The notes under the pieces: generated by a model | Database searches by the model: none | What the model saw: only the letters and a program-made list of their open reading frames with translations | Told to the model about the DNA's origin: nothing | Assembly (NCBI GenBank): GCA_964016885.1 | Contig: OZ024741.1 | Location: 405,976,001 to 406,040,000 of the forward strand | Source of the DNA: Eledone cirrhosa | Lineage: Eukaryota | DNA length: 64,000 bases | Direction: 5' to 3' | Made by a program: the position numbers and the translations under genes | In this document: positions 15,001 to 27,654 of the stretch, one piece after another | Layout: each line of letters begins with the position of its first letter | How positions within the stretch are numbered: the stretch's first letter is position 1

Positions 15001-18000
15001 AACAACTGGGAAGACTGGAACAGGTAGATGATACTAACAACTGGGAAGACTGGAACAGGTAGATGATACTAACAACTGGGAAGACTGGAACAGGTAGATG
15101 ATACTAACAACTGGGAAGACTGGAACAGGTAGATGATACTAACAACTGGGAAGACTGGAACAGGTAGATGATACTAACAACTGGGAAGACTGGAACAGGT
15201 AGATGATACCAACCACTGGGAAGACTGGAACAGGTAGATGATACTAACAACTGGGAAGACTGGAACAGGTAGAAGATACTAACAACTGGGAAGACTGGAA
15301 CAGGTAGATGATACTAACAACTGGGAAGACTGGTACAGGTAGATGATACCAACCACTGGGAAGACTGGTACAGGTAGATGATACCAACCACTGGGAAGAC
15401 TGGTACAGGTAGATGATACCAACCACTGGGAAGACTGGAACAGGTAGATGATACCAACAACTGGGAAGACTGGAACAGGTAGATGATACTAACAACTGGG
15501 AAGACTGGAACAGGTAGATGATACCAACAACTGGGAAGACTGGAACAGGTAGATGATACTAACAACTGGGAAGACTGGAACAGGTAGATGATACTAACTA
15601 CTGGGAAGACTGGAACAGGTAGAAGATACTAACAACTGGGAAGACTGGAACAGGTAGAAGATACTAACAAGTGGGAAGACTGGAACAGGTAGATGATACT
15701 AACAACTGGGAAGACTGGAACAGGTAGAAGATACTAACAAGTGGGAAGACTGGAACAGGTAGATGATACTAACAACTGGGAAGACTGGAACAGGTAGAAG
15801 ATACTAACAAGTGGGAAGACTGGAACAGGTAGATGATACTAACAACTGGGAAGACTGGAACAGGTAGATGATACTAACAACTGGGAAGACTGGAACAGGT
15901 TGATGATACTACAAGTGGGAAGACTGGAACAGGTAGATGATACCAACCACTGGGAAGACTGGAACAGGTAGATGATACCAACAACTGGGAAGACTGGAAC
16001 AGGTAGATGATACTAACAAGTGGGAAGACTGGAACAGGTAGATGATACTAATAACTGGGAAGACTGGAACAGGTAGAAGATACTAACAACAGGGAAGACT
16101 GGAACAGGGGGATGATACCAACAACTGGGAAGACTGGAACAGATAGATGATACTAACAACTGGGAAGATTGGAACAGGTAGATGATACTAACAACTGGGA
16201 AGACTGGAACAGGTAGATGATACTAACAACTGGGAAGACTGGAACAGGTAGAAGATACTAACAACTGGGAAGACTAGAACAGGTAAATGATACTAACAAC
16301 TGGGAAGACTGGAACAGGTAGAATATACCAACTACTGGGAAGACTGGAACAGGTAGATGATACCAACAACTGGGAAGACTGAAACAGGTAGATGATACCA
16401 ACAACTGGGAAGACTGGAACAGGTAGATGATACCAACAACTGGGAAGACTGGAACAGGTAGATGATACCAACAACTGGGAAGACTGAAACAGGTAGATGA
16501 TACCAACAACTGGGAAGACTGGAACAGGTAGATGATACCAACAACTGGGAAGACTGGAACAGGTAAATGATACTAACAACTGGGAAGACTGGAACAGGTA
16601 GATGATACCAACAACTGGGAAGACTGGAACAGGTAGATGATACTAATAACTGGGAAGACTGGAACAGGTAGAAGATACTAACAACTGGGAAGACTGGAAC
16701 AGGTAGATGATACCAACAACTGGGAAGACTGGAACAGATAGATGATACTAACAACTGGGAAGACTGGAACAGGTAGATGATACTAACAACTGGGAAGACT
16801 GGAACAGGTAGATGATACCAACCACTGGGAAGACTGGAACAGGTAGATGATACTAACAACTGGGAAGACTGGAACAGGTAGAAGATACTAACAACTGGGA
16901 AGACTGGAACAGGTAGATGATACTAACAACTGGGAAGACTGGTACAGGTAGATGATACCAACCACTGGGAAGACTGGTACAGGTAGATGATACCAACCAC
17001 TGGGAAGACTGGAACAGGTAGATGATACCAACAACTGGGAAGACTGGTACAGGTAGATGATACCAACCACTGGGAAGACTGGAACAGGTAGATGATACTA
17101 ACAACTGGGAAGACTGGAACAGGTAGATGATACTAACTACTGGGAAGACTGGAACAGGTAGAAGATACTAACAACTGGGAAGACTGGAACAGGTAGAAGA
17201 TACTAACAAGTGGGAAGACTGGAACAGGTAGATGATACTAACAACTGGGAAGACTGGAACAGGTTGATGATACTACAAGTGGGAAGACTGGAACAGGTAG
17301 AAGATACTAACAACTGGGAAGACTGGAACTGGTAGATGATACTAACAACTGGGAAGACTGGAACAGGTAGATTATACTAACAACTGGGAAGACTGGAACA
17401 GGTTGATGATACTACAAGTGGGAAGACTGGAACAGGTAGATGATACTAACAACTGGGAAGACTGGAACAGATAGATGATACTAACAAGTGGGAAGACTGG
17501 AACAGGTAGATGATACTAACAACTGGGAAGACTGGAACAGGTAGAAGATACTAACAACTGGGAAGACTGGAACAGGTAGATGATACCAACCGCTGGGAAG
17601 ACTGGAACAGGTAGATGATACTAACAACTGGGAAGACTTGAACAGGTAGATGATACCAACAACTGGGAAGACTGGAACAGGTAGATGATACTAACAACTG
17701 GGAAGACTGGAACAGGTAGATGATACTAACAACAGGGAACACTGGAACAGGTAGAAGATACTAACAACTGGGAAGACTGGAACAGGTAGATGATACTAAC
17801 AACTGGGAAGACAGGAACAGGTAGATGATACTAACAACTGGGAAGACTGGAACAGGTAGAAGATACTAATAACTGGGAAGACTGGAACAGGTAGATGATA
17901 CCAACCACTGGGAAGACTGGAACAGGTAGATGATACCAACAACTGGGAAGACTGGAACAGGTAGATGATACTAACAACTGGGAAGACTGGAACAGGTAGA

Positions 18001-19113
18001 TGATACTAACAACTGGGAAGACTGGAACAGGTAGAAGATACTAACAACTTGGAAGACTGGAACAGGTAGATGATACTAACAACTGGGAAGACTGGAACAG
18101 GTAGATAATACTAACAACTGGGAAGACTGGAACAGGTAGAAGATACTAACAACTTGGAAGACTGGAACAGGTAGATGATACTAACAACTGGGAAGACTGG
18201 AACAGGTAGATAATACTAACAACTGGGAAGACTGGAACAGGTAGAAGATACTAACAACTGGGAAGACTGGAACAGGTAGATGATACTAACAACTGGGAAG
18301 ACTGGAACAGGTAGATGATACTAACAACTGGGAAGACTGGAACAGGTAGAAGATACCAACCACTGGGAAGACTGGAACAGGTAGAAGATACTAACAACTG
18401 GGAAGACTGGATCAGGTAGAAGATACTAACAACTGGGAAGACTGGAACAGGTAGATGATACTAACAACTGGGAAGACTGGAACAGGTAGATAATACTAAC
18501 AACTGGGAAGACTGGAACAGGTAGATGATACTAACAACTGGGAAGACTGGAACAGGTAGATGATATTAACAACTGGGAAGACTGGAACAGGTAGAAGATA
18601 CTAACAACAGGGAAGACTGGATCAGGTAGAAGATACTAACAACTGGGAAGACTGGAACAGGTAGATGATACTAACAACTGGGAAGACTGGAACAGGTAGA
18701 TGATACTAACAACTGGGAAGACTGGAACAGGTAGAAGATACTAACAACTGGGAAGACTGGAACAGGTAGAAGATACTAACAACTGGGAAGACTGGAACAG
18801 GTAGATGATACTAACAACTGGGAAGACTGGAACAGGTAGATGATACTAACTACTGGGAAGACTGGAACAGGTAGATAATACTAACAACTGGGAAGACTGG
18901 AACAGGTAGAAGATACTAACAACTGGGAAGACTGGAACAGGTAGATGATACTAACAACTGGGAAGACTGGAACAGGTAGATGATACCAACCACTGGGAAG
19001 GCTGGAACAGGTAGATGATACTAACAACTGGGAAGACTGGAACAGGTAGAAGATACTAACAACTGGGAAGACTGGAACAGGTAGATGATACCAACCACTG
19101 GGAAGGCTGGAAA
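1..19113. repeat. 35-bp tandem satellite array, ~546 monomers, consensus AACAACTGGGAAGACTGGAACAGGTAGATGATACT; open at the left edge of the window
   Basis: Uninterrupted 35-nt periodicity with recurrent variants (GATACT/GATACC, GATG/GAAG/AATG, AACAAC/AACCAC). Ends abruptly at GGAAGGCTGGAAACATTG near 19113. Confidence 0.99.
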
Positions 19114-19189
19114 CATTGTGTACTTGGTCCGATTTGATGAGCCCAACCCATTCGGAAAGTGAATGTGGTCAGGGATCTTGTCGATTAGC

Positions 19190-19310
19190 GTTGTCATCGT
19201 CTTTGTCGTCGCCGTCATCGCTGCGGCCATCGTCGTTGTTGTCGTCATCGCCGCCGCCGTGGCCATTGTCGTCACCATGGTCTTCCACCTCTTCGTCGTT
19301 ATCGTTACTT
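19190..19310. repeat. Degenerate (TCG/GTC/GCC)n low-complexity tract
   Basis: GTCATCGTCTTTGTCGTCGCCGTCATCGCTG... next to the satellite end. Confidence 0.7.
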
Positions 19311-19634
19311 GTTAACCAACTACACCACACCCGTCCAAACTAAATGACACGTGAACCTTCCCCAGTCCAAGACAATAGCTTTATATATTGTTGAGCAAGA
19401 ACGACTGCTCCTTTAATTCTCCTTAATTACCACCATTAACATCACCTGTGTACGTCAATCCCAACCTAACAACTGTCTTTCATTGAGGAAAAACAATAAA
19501 AACTGATAAATCTCCAGGTATGAACTTTAAATTAATCCCACCTGACATATTGTCAATAGCAATTGACGTCACAGCTCCTGGCGAGAGCTGTGAATGGTCA
19601 TATATATACATGTACATATGTGTATGAATATATA

Positions 19635-19683
<49 letters not shown>

Positions 19684-19923
19684 CATTGATTGAGTATACA
19701 TATAGTTATTCTTTTAATATCCAATTGAGTTCTTATACATGTGGTTAATACCTGACAGGTTTAAATGACCAGCGTGTATATTGTTTTATATTTTAAGATT
19801 ACCTCCCCTTACCTCCTTGGGGGCAGCGTGTATTTTATCTTTGGGAGGACAGCTGGATTTTCGAATCTACGAGTCTCTTTCTAGCGCCGAAGGTGTAATT
19901 CTTATATCGATATTATTTGGGCA

Positions 19924-20047
19924 TCCACTGATGAGTTTATAAGAGCCCGCTTGTGTATAAAACTATGGATTATATACAAGTTTCTACATAACCTGAAAAT
20001 TATTTATCCCAAATTGTAGAAATCTTATAACGAAACAATCGTCTGGA
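19924..20047 (+). ncRNA. Type I hammerhead ribozyme motif with large branched stem II
   Basis: Stem I TCCA/TGGA; core CTGATGA; stem II G-TTTATAAGA...TCTTATAA-C enclosing two hairpins (CTTGTGTATAA/TTATATACAAG and TTTCTACA/TGTAGAAA); GAAA; minimal stem III CAATCG; cleavage triplet GTC. Confidence 0.8.
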
Positions 20048-20226
20048 AGGAAAGAGATATTTATTTAATAATGTCTCATATAAAATAATACAACCAGCTA
20101 TCCACGAAATACTGATTAGTTAGCACCCCAAACACTAAATTGGGATTATAATTAGGTATATCCTAATGTTTGTTGAGTGAGATGGAGTTGGTCAGAGTAT
20201 CGCTTAAGGCTTTCTCTGTTAATGTA

Positions 20227-20292
<66 letters not shown>

Positions 20293-20293
<1 letters not shown>

Positions 20294-21153
20294 GAGGTGT
20301 TTCAGAAAAGTTCAGGACTGATGTCACAAAAGATTTATTTCAAACCCAAACTTAACACTAAGAGTTTTCTCCTTCAAAGTAATGCCCCTGGAGTATGTAA
20401 CTGTCATCTTAGCTCTCTGCAGCGATCAAACTTTTTTCTTCATAATTTTATAAACATCTCCTCTGTTTCAGGTCGTCAAGCAATGAGCACAGAGAAACGA
20501 ACAAACTTGAAGTTTCTGGTACGGTTGGGGAAAACTCCGTCAGAAGCACTGGGATTGCTGCAGCATGTATATGGAGATGAGATGATGTCACGCTCACGTG
20601 TTTTTGAGTGGTGCAAGATGACCCCAGGAGCGGAAGGCCCTCAACAACCAGGACAGAGGTCAACGTTGAGCGCGTCAGGCAGATGGTGCGTAGCGATCGT
20701 CGGCTGACTGTTCGACTGATGGCAAATGAGCTGGGCATGAATCGGGACAGCGCCTGGAAGATTCTCTCTGAAGATTTGGACATGCTGATAGTCTGCGCGA
20801 AGATGGTGCCAAAACTGCTGAACGATGACCAGAAGGGTCGACGCATGCATGTGTGCCAGGACATCCTCGATTGCTAGGACAGTCATCACCGGTGATTTAG
20901 TCATGGATGCTCAAAGGGGTCATCAAGAGGACCGTTTTGAAGACGTGGAAGACATCAAAAAGGCCGTGACGACGGAAATGCGGAGGATCCCGGAAGAATC
21001 CTTCCAGGAGTGCATGCAAGCGTGGCAGAAAAGGGTGGAAAAGTGCATTAGACTCCAGGGGGATTACTTTGAAGGAGAAAACTCTTAGCGTGAAGTTTGG
21101 GTTTGAAATAAATTTTTTGTGACATCAGTCCTGGAACTTTTCTGACACACCTC

Positions 21154-21154
<1 letters not shown>
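20293..21154 (+). mobile_element. Mariner-family DNA transposon, internally deleted and non-autonomous, inserted in (TA)n
   Basis: ~60-bp TIRs (CGAGGTGTTTCAGAAAAGTTCAGGACTGATGTCACAAAA... / ...TTTTGTGACATCAGTCCTGGAACTTTTCTGACACACCTCG) with TA on both sides, enclosing transposase fragments. Confidence 0.95.
20483..21088 (+). pseudogene. Mariner transposase remnant: HTH region and C-terminus present, catalytic DD(D) region deleted, frameshifted
   Basis: MSTEKRTNLKFLVRLGKTPSEA..VYGDEMMSRSRVFEWC; DDPRSGRPST..DRRLTVR..A.ELG; CAKMVPKLL (WVPHEL-like); RFEDVEDIKKAV..WQKRVEKCIRLQGDYFE. Confidence 0.9.
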
Positions 21155-21210
<56 letters not shown>

Positions 21211-21212
<2 letters not shown>

Positions 21213-21291
21213 AACAAATTACTCTACTACCCTAAGTATTGAGTACTTTCATGCGTTATGGTCCACCTGGTTCCTTACCACATTTCCTTCG

Positions 21292-21293
<2 letters not shown>
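21211..21293 (+). repeat. Terminal fragment of the HHR-bearing dispersed repeat also at 52063-52140 and 61108-61190
   Basis: Reverse complement of TAACGAAGGAAATGTGGTAAGGAACCAG..GTACTCAATACTTAGGGTAGTAGAG; embedded in (TA)n. Confidence 0.8.
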
Positions 21294-21330
<37 letters not shown>

Positions 21331-21338
21331 TGTGTATA

Positions 21339-21419
<81 letters not shown>

Positions 21420-21501
21420 GCACATATATGTATATAAATGTGTATATAAATGTGTGTATATATATATATATGCACATATATGTATATAAATGTGTATATA
21501 A

Positions 21502-21568
<67 letters not shown>

Positions 21569-21686
21569 GTATATATTCATACACATGTGTACATGTATAT
21601 ATATGACCATTCCCAGCTCTCGCCACGAGCTGTGACGTCATTCTTTATGAATAGATACTGTGTGTGTGTGTATATATTTATATATA

Positions 21687-22935
21687 TCCGTCATCTACTA
21701 CCGCCTGAACGTGGTGCCTTGCCCAAGGGAAACGCTCGCCAAAATGGAGCGCGCACTCTTCCAATTCCTTTGGAAGAAGCGGGCTCCTATGGTGAGGAGA
21801 TCCATCTGCTGTCAACACCCTTCGAAAGGAGGGCTGGGGATGCCGTGGCTAATGATACGTAAACACGCATTAAGGCTACGGCACCTTCAGGTATTCCTCT
21901 CCGGTCAACCGGTGTGGGCCCCGTTTGTGAGGCGAGCCTTTCCCAGACTCGTCTCACTCACCGAGCTGCAATCCTGGGTCAAGCAAAGACCGAGAAAACT
22001 GGGCGCCTGGCACACCGAGTGTGCCCAGGCACTCACGGCTCTCTGGCAGGCGGACCCGGCTGTCAGTGGAGAATCCACCTCGTCATTCTATAGAGGGCTG
22101 GTGGTTAGCAGGTGCGACCACGCCCTCGGAGAAGCCCTAGGCATGGAGGAAGACGAACTGGCCAACCTGTTCGGTAGGACATTCAGCTCGGGACCCATGG
22201 ATAACTTCCAGAGGTCCCTGGCCTGGCAATGCTACAGAAGGGCTCTGCCCGTTCGAGAAAGGCTCTACAGACACGGGCGCCCGGGTAGGGACCCATCGAA
22301 GAAGATCTGTCCCAGATGCGTGTGCAACGAGGAAACCGTTGCACACGCATTGGTACACTGCTCGGGCATTGCCGATCTGTGGGGTTATGTCGAACAACTG
22401 CTGTCAAGGGTGGGACCAATCCGGTTGACCACCGAGTCTATTGTAACGATCAAGCCGCCTCCCCTCTTAAAAAACTAAGGAGAGGCGGTGTGAAAGGACT
22501 GAGGTCAGACACCTTTCTCTCTGGCCAACAACTGGTCCGTTTCTTCCGATATCATTTCGGAAGAAGGATCAGGATGGAGAGAGAGGTGCTGCACCCCAGC
22601 CGTTTCTATGAAAGATGGGTGAAAGTGGCGAGAATGGCCCGTGTGAATGGGCCTTCACTCTGCATCAGACTATAGGTGAGGAAGATGAAAGACCAAGGGA
22701 ACACCCCTTCTCTGTGCTCCTGAGGAGAAGGGTTGCACACTTTTTTCGGGGGTGTGTGCGACCCCCCAAGGCGCCTCCTCTCTATTGAGGACTTTGTTAT
22801 AAATTTTATTTTTTGTTATATTTTATTTTATTTTTATATATTGTTATTGCCTCCTCCTTATCGAGGACGCCTTGTTTTGTAAACTCCCCCCATTGTACTT
22901 GTCCCACTTTTGATGCCCTGGTGGCAAATAAAAGA

Positions 22936-22938
<3 letters not shown>
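21687..22938 (+). mobile_element. 5'-truncated Tx1/L1-clade LINE (family 1) in a (TA)n tract
   Basis: ORF2 C-terminal part ([26 protein letters not shown]), short internal deletion near 22490, 3' UTR ending GGCAAATAAAAGAAAC then (AT)n. Highly similar to 49995-51293. Confidence 0.95.
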
Positions 22939-22991
<53 letters not shown>

Positions 22992-22995
22992 CATG

Positions 22996-23069
<74 letters not shown>

Positions 23070-23125
23070 CATGTATGTATATATGTATATATGTATATAT
23101 GTATATATGTATATATATATATATG

Positions 23126-23200
<75 letters not shown>

Positions 23201-23416
23201 ATATATCAATAAAAGATAATGGTGAAAATGGTCGATGAAAGTGCTTCCCAAGAAGTCTTTCAATATAGCTTTCATTCAGCAGGTTCCCATATAAACAAGG
23301 TCCATTCCAGCTCTGGCCAGGAGCTGTGACGTCAATTGCTATTCATAATATGTCAGGAACGGATGTTTTAAAGTATGTGTGTATATATATATATATGTGT
23401 GTGTGTGTTTACACAG

Positions 23417-23448
<32 letters not shown>

Positions 23449-23465
23449 CAGTATATGTATATATA

Positions 23466-23541
<76 letters not shown>

Positions 23542-23677
23542 GTGAGGTTTTTTTTTTTTTACAAAATGAAAAATAACCGAGGTGTCCTACACGAGTGAAA
23601 GTATAAAGAAAAAGAGATGAAATCGAAAATGCAACTGGAGTCTTATTTTAAAAAAATATATATATATTTATTTGGTT

Positions 23678-23715
23678 CCTTTACCGGTTTCGCAGTTCTT
23701 CTGCTTTTCAAAAGG
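23678..23715 (-). ncRNA. Minimal type I hammerhead, U3-A8 core variant
   Basis: Minus strand: CCTT TTGAAAA GCAG aagaa CTGC GAAA CCGG TA AAGG. Stem I 4 bp, stem II 4 bp, palindromic CCGG in stem III, triplet GTA. Part of a ~150-bp repeat with an inverted copy at ~59850-59990. Confidence 0.8.
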
Positions 23716-23755
23716 TGAGTTGAAATGGAGGGTCTGTGGTTTTTCTCACATCTGT

Positions 23756-23806
<51 letters not shown>

Positions 23807-24528
23807 GATATTAAACAAATGGAAACTATATTTATAAAACCATATTTATTTCGTTATATATATTTCTGGCATATCATATTAAAAATATGGTATGCCTTCC
23901 TCAGACAAAATACAATACATAAGCTGTTTTATAAATAATTATTGACATACCTTATAATAATGCAACTTCATTTAAAAAGTTGATTTGGTAGTGAAACTGT
24001 TATGACAGTTATATAGAAAGAAAAACGAAGATGAGAAGAAGAAGATGAAGAGATGTATGTAAATAAAAAAAATAAAAAAATAAAAAATAAAAATAAAAAA
24101 AGAAGAAGATGAAGAGATATATGTAAAGAAAAACAACAGAGCGAGATAGAGAGACAAGGAGATATGGGAGAGAGAAATACATTGAGGAAGTGAAAAAATA
24201 TAGTAGGCAGCTTTTGGACAGATGATCATCGTATATGTGAGAGGTTAAGGAGGGAAGGGATACAGTTAAACTAGCCGACACATAAATCACGTCCAGTGTA
24301 TAGGAGAAAAAGAAAGAAAGATGATATATTTAAAATATATTAAAAATATATTATGTCTCATCCATTTGAATTATCAATTTTTATGAATTAGGTATTATAA
24401 TGTAAATATCAGTATTCATGAATGAGACACATATCCATAATGTGTGAAAAAATGACCACATGCTCAGTTTAAAAATTCTTAGGTCTATAAGCAAAATCTG
24501 AGATAAAACTTTGTATCATATGCATTCT

Positions 24529-25058
24529 CAGTCATACAAAAGTGAGTTACAAACGAAACGAAATTTAATTTCGTTTCGTTATTTGTTTTTATCGTCTCCG
24601 TTGAACCGGTACTTACTCACACTCTATGCAAGTTGGTCTGCCCACTACTAATTTTCATAGAAAAAGCATATAGCGATATGTGCTTTTACGATTCTCTAGA
24701 GAGGCCGGAAGATAGGTAAATATTGCTGATGAGTTGTAACAACAACGAAACTAGTTCAATATTCCTTGTCTGGCTTTCTGGAGAATAGAGGAAAGGTGTT
24801 TCCTCAAAAACCAGTATGACTCTAAAAACCGGTTTGTCTGTGTGTTTACATACAGAATAGCTGGCCACTCACAGTAAAGTGATCAGTGAAAAAAAACTTG
24901 GTACATCTACATATGTATACGTGTGTGTATTCATATACATACTAGTATTTCAGTATACATATATGGATGTACATCTTTGACTTAATTGTTTGAGCGTCAG
25001 TCATACAAAAGTGAGTTACAAACGAAACGAAATTTAATTTCGTTTCGTTATTTGTTTT

Positions 25059-25060
<2 letters not shown>
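24529..25060 (+). repeat. ~470-nt HHR-containing unit bounded by a ~62-bp direct repeat with an internal palindrome
   Basis: CAGTCATACAAAAGTGAGTTACAAACGAAACGAAATTTAATTTCGTTTCGTTATTTGTTTTTAT at 24529 and 24998. Confidence 0.8.
24719..24763 (+). ncRNA. Minimal type I hammerhead ribozyme
   Basis: AATATTG CTGATGA GTTG taacaa CAAC GAAA CTAG TT CAATATT. 7-bp stem I, 4-bp stem II, palindromic CTAG, triplet GTT. Confidence 0.88.
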
Positions 25061-25700
<640 letters not shown>

Positions 25701-25950
25701 TAAATGTAAGTATGCATGTACACGTACATACACATATGTATACAGACGTACAGTAGCACGCACATATATATATATATATACATATATACATACATATGCA
25801 TACAGGTACACATACATATATGCATGTATCAGTTTAGCGGCGCTTATTATAACGTCGCTTTGTTCGTTTGTAAACAAACTGAACAGCCTGAATTTATGCC
25901 ATACGGTGTTAAGGCAACCACGTCACCTTTTTGTTCAACACTGACACAGG

Positions 25951-25995
25951 AACGATGTACTAGTTTCAAGCTTGTTAGCTATCATCAGCACCGTT
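25951..25995 (-). ncRNA. Minimal type I hammerhead (unit 1)
   Basis: Minus strand: AACGGTG CTGATGA tAGCT aaca AGCTt GAAA CTAG TA CATCGTT. Confidence 0.85.
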
Positions 25996-26422
25996 TACCC
26001 ATCTGCCAGATAGTTGAACGTTCGAAAGTATATACTTTCCTTATGAAAATTAACGGCTGAGCAGCCTAATTTGCATATTGAGTGAGTTAAATCGGTCAGG
26101 CATACCGAAAACGATAAATTGAAACAAAATGAAAACGAAATTTCATTTCTCACTCTTAGTATGGCACTTACTTAAATGTAAGTATGCATGTACACGTACA
26201 TACATATATGTATACAGACGTACAGTAGCACGCACATATATATATATATATACATATATACATACATATGCATACAGGTACACATACATATATGCACGTA
26301 TCAGTTTAGCGGCGCTTATTATAACGTCGCTTTGTTCGTTTGTAAACAAACTGAACAGCCTGAATTTATGCCATACGGTGTTAAGGCAACCACGTCACCT
26401 TTTTGTTCAACACTGACACAGG

Positions 26423-26467
26423 AACGATGTACTAGTTTCAAGCTTGTTAGCTATCATCAGCACCGTT
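26423..26467 (-). ncRNA. Minimal type I hammerhead (unit 2)
   Basis: Identical to 25951-25995, 472 nt away. Confidence 0.85.
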
Positions 26468-26766
26468 TACCCATCTGCCAGATAGTTGAACGTTCGAAAG
26501 TATATACTTTCCTTATGAAAATTAACGGCTGAGCAGCCTAATTTGCATATTGAGTGAGTTAAATCGGTCAGGCATACCGAAAACGATAAATTGAAACAAA
26601 ATGAAAACGAAATCTCACCTCTCACTCCCAGTATGGCACAGCTTTGTAGAATTAGCTTTTAATGAATTCCCTTTTCTATCAACCAATGACCTGCACCCAT
26701 CCAACTCCCCACCCTCTCCTACCACTTGTAGAGACCTATAAATACCATATTTATTTTTTGATACCC

Positions 26767-26817
26767 AGATTCCTGATGATTTCTAATGAATGAAACAGTT
26801 CTAGTCCTGTAGAATCT
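26767..26817 (+). ncRNA. Type I hammerhead ribozyme
   Basis: AGATTC CTGATGA tTTC taat GAAt GAAA CAG ttctagtc CTG TA GAATCT. 6-bp stem I, 3-bp stem III, triplet GTA. Homolog at 52375. Confidence 0.8.
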
Positions 26818-26829
26818 CATCTATATTAA

Positions 26830-26928
<99 letters not shown>

Positions 26929-27303
26929 GATAACAAATTATTGTTATCGGTAGTCCACTTATATATATATGTAAATATATGTATATATAATTATATATAT
27001 AAGTGATTATAACCTTGGTTCTCTTCATTATATATATATATACTTATATATAAACATCATATGGAATATATATATAAATATATATTGAATCTGTATTTCT
27101 ATGTTGATTGATTTCATATGAAACGAGGGAATGAAAATACGAACGAATCATTGAATGAAAGAAATAATGAAGGAATAAATGAAACAAATAAACGAAAGAA
27201 AGAATGATCAAAATAAAACAAAAACAAGCTAAGGAATGAATAAATTAACGAATTCAAAACAAGAATAATCGTATGAAAGAATAAAGATATAAGACTGGAT
27301 ATT

Positions 27304-27530
27304 GGTATCTTATATAGGCACAAGGCCAGCAATCTTGGCGGAGGGGAAAGTCGATTAAATCGACCCCAGTGCGTGACTGGTACTTTATTTTATCGACCCC
27401 GTGACCCCGTAAGGATGAAAGGCAAAGTTAACCTCGGCGGGATTTGAACTCAGATCATAAAGGGCCGTAACTCTATGCTGCAAAGCATGGCGTCCGACCC
27501 TCTACCGATACTGCCAATCCACCGCCCTCG
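27304..27530 (-). mobile_element. tRNA-derived SINE with CORE-like body, resembling octopus OR-family SINEs
   Basis: Minus strand starts AGGGCGGTGGATTGGCAGTATCGG (A box), GAGTTCAAATCCC (B box), body TTTGCCTTTCATCCTT..GGGGTCGATAAAATAAAGTACCAG. ~15-bp TSD ATAAGACT(G/A)GATATT at 27289 and 27531. Family name is from memory. Confidence 0.85.
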
Positions 27531-27654
27531 ATAAGACTAGATATTAACTTCCTTATCCACAGGACAAAATCTACGAACAATGGCGTTAGTTGGAGGTGGA
27601 GAATTCTTCAGATGTCATATAAACACTAACACAAAATAGATTAAAAGTTTGTAC

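Larger units (their letters stand above)
25701..26639 (-). mobile_element. Tandem dimer of a 472-bp ORF-less unit, one hammerhead per unit (retrozyme-like)
   Basis: Near-identical units start at 25701 and 26173 (TAAATGTAAGTATGCATG); HHRs at 25951-25995 and 26423-26467. Confidence 0.8.

Noticed and set aside
274-17742. Many minus-strand ORFs (LVSSTCSSLPSCWYHLPVPVFPVV..) in the satellite
   Set aside because: Translations of a 35-bp repeat whose length is not a multiple of 3. Openness depends only on a T/C variant, and the plus strand has regular stops.
1-19113. CRISPR-like appearance of a 35-bp repeat
   Set aside because: No unique spacers, no cas genes, eukaryotic context.
19021-19343. Thr/Ala-rich or Ser-rich ORFs at the satellite boundary
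   Set aside because: Low-complexity trinucleotide tract with no domain or splice evidence.
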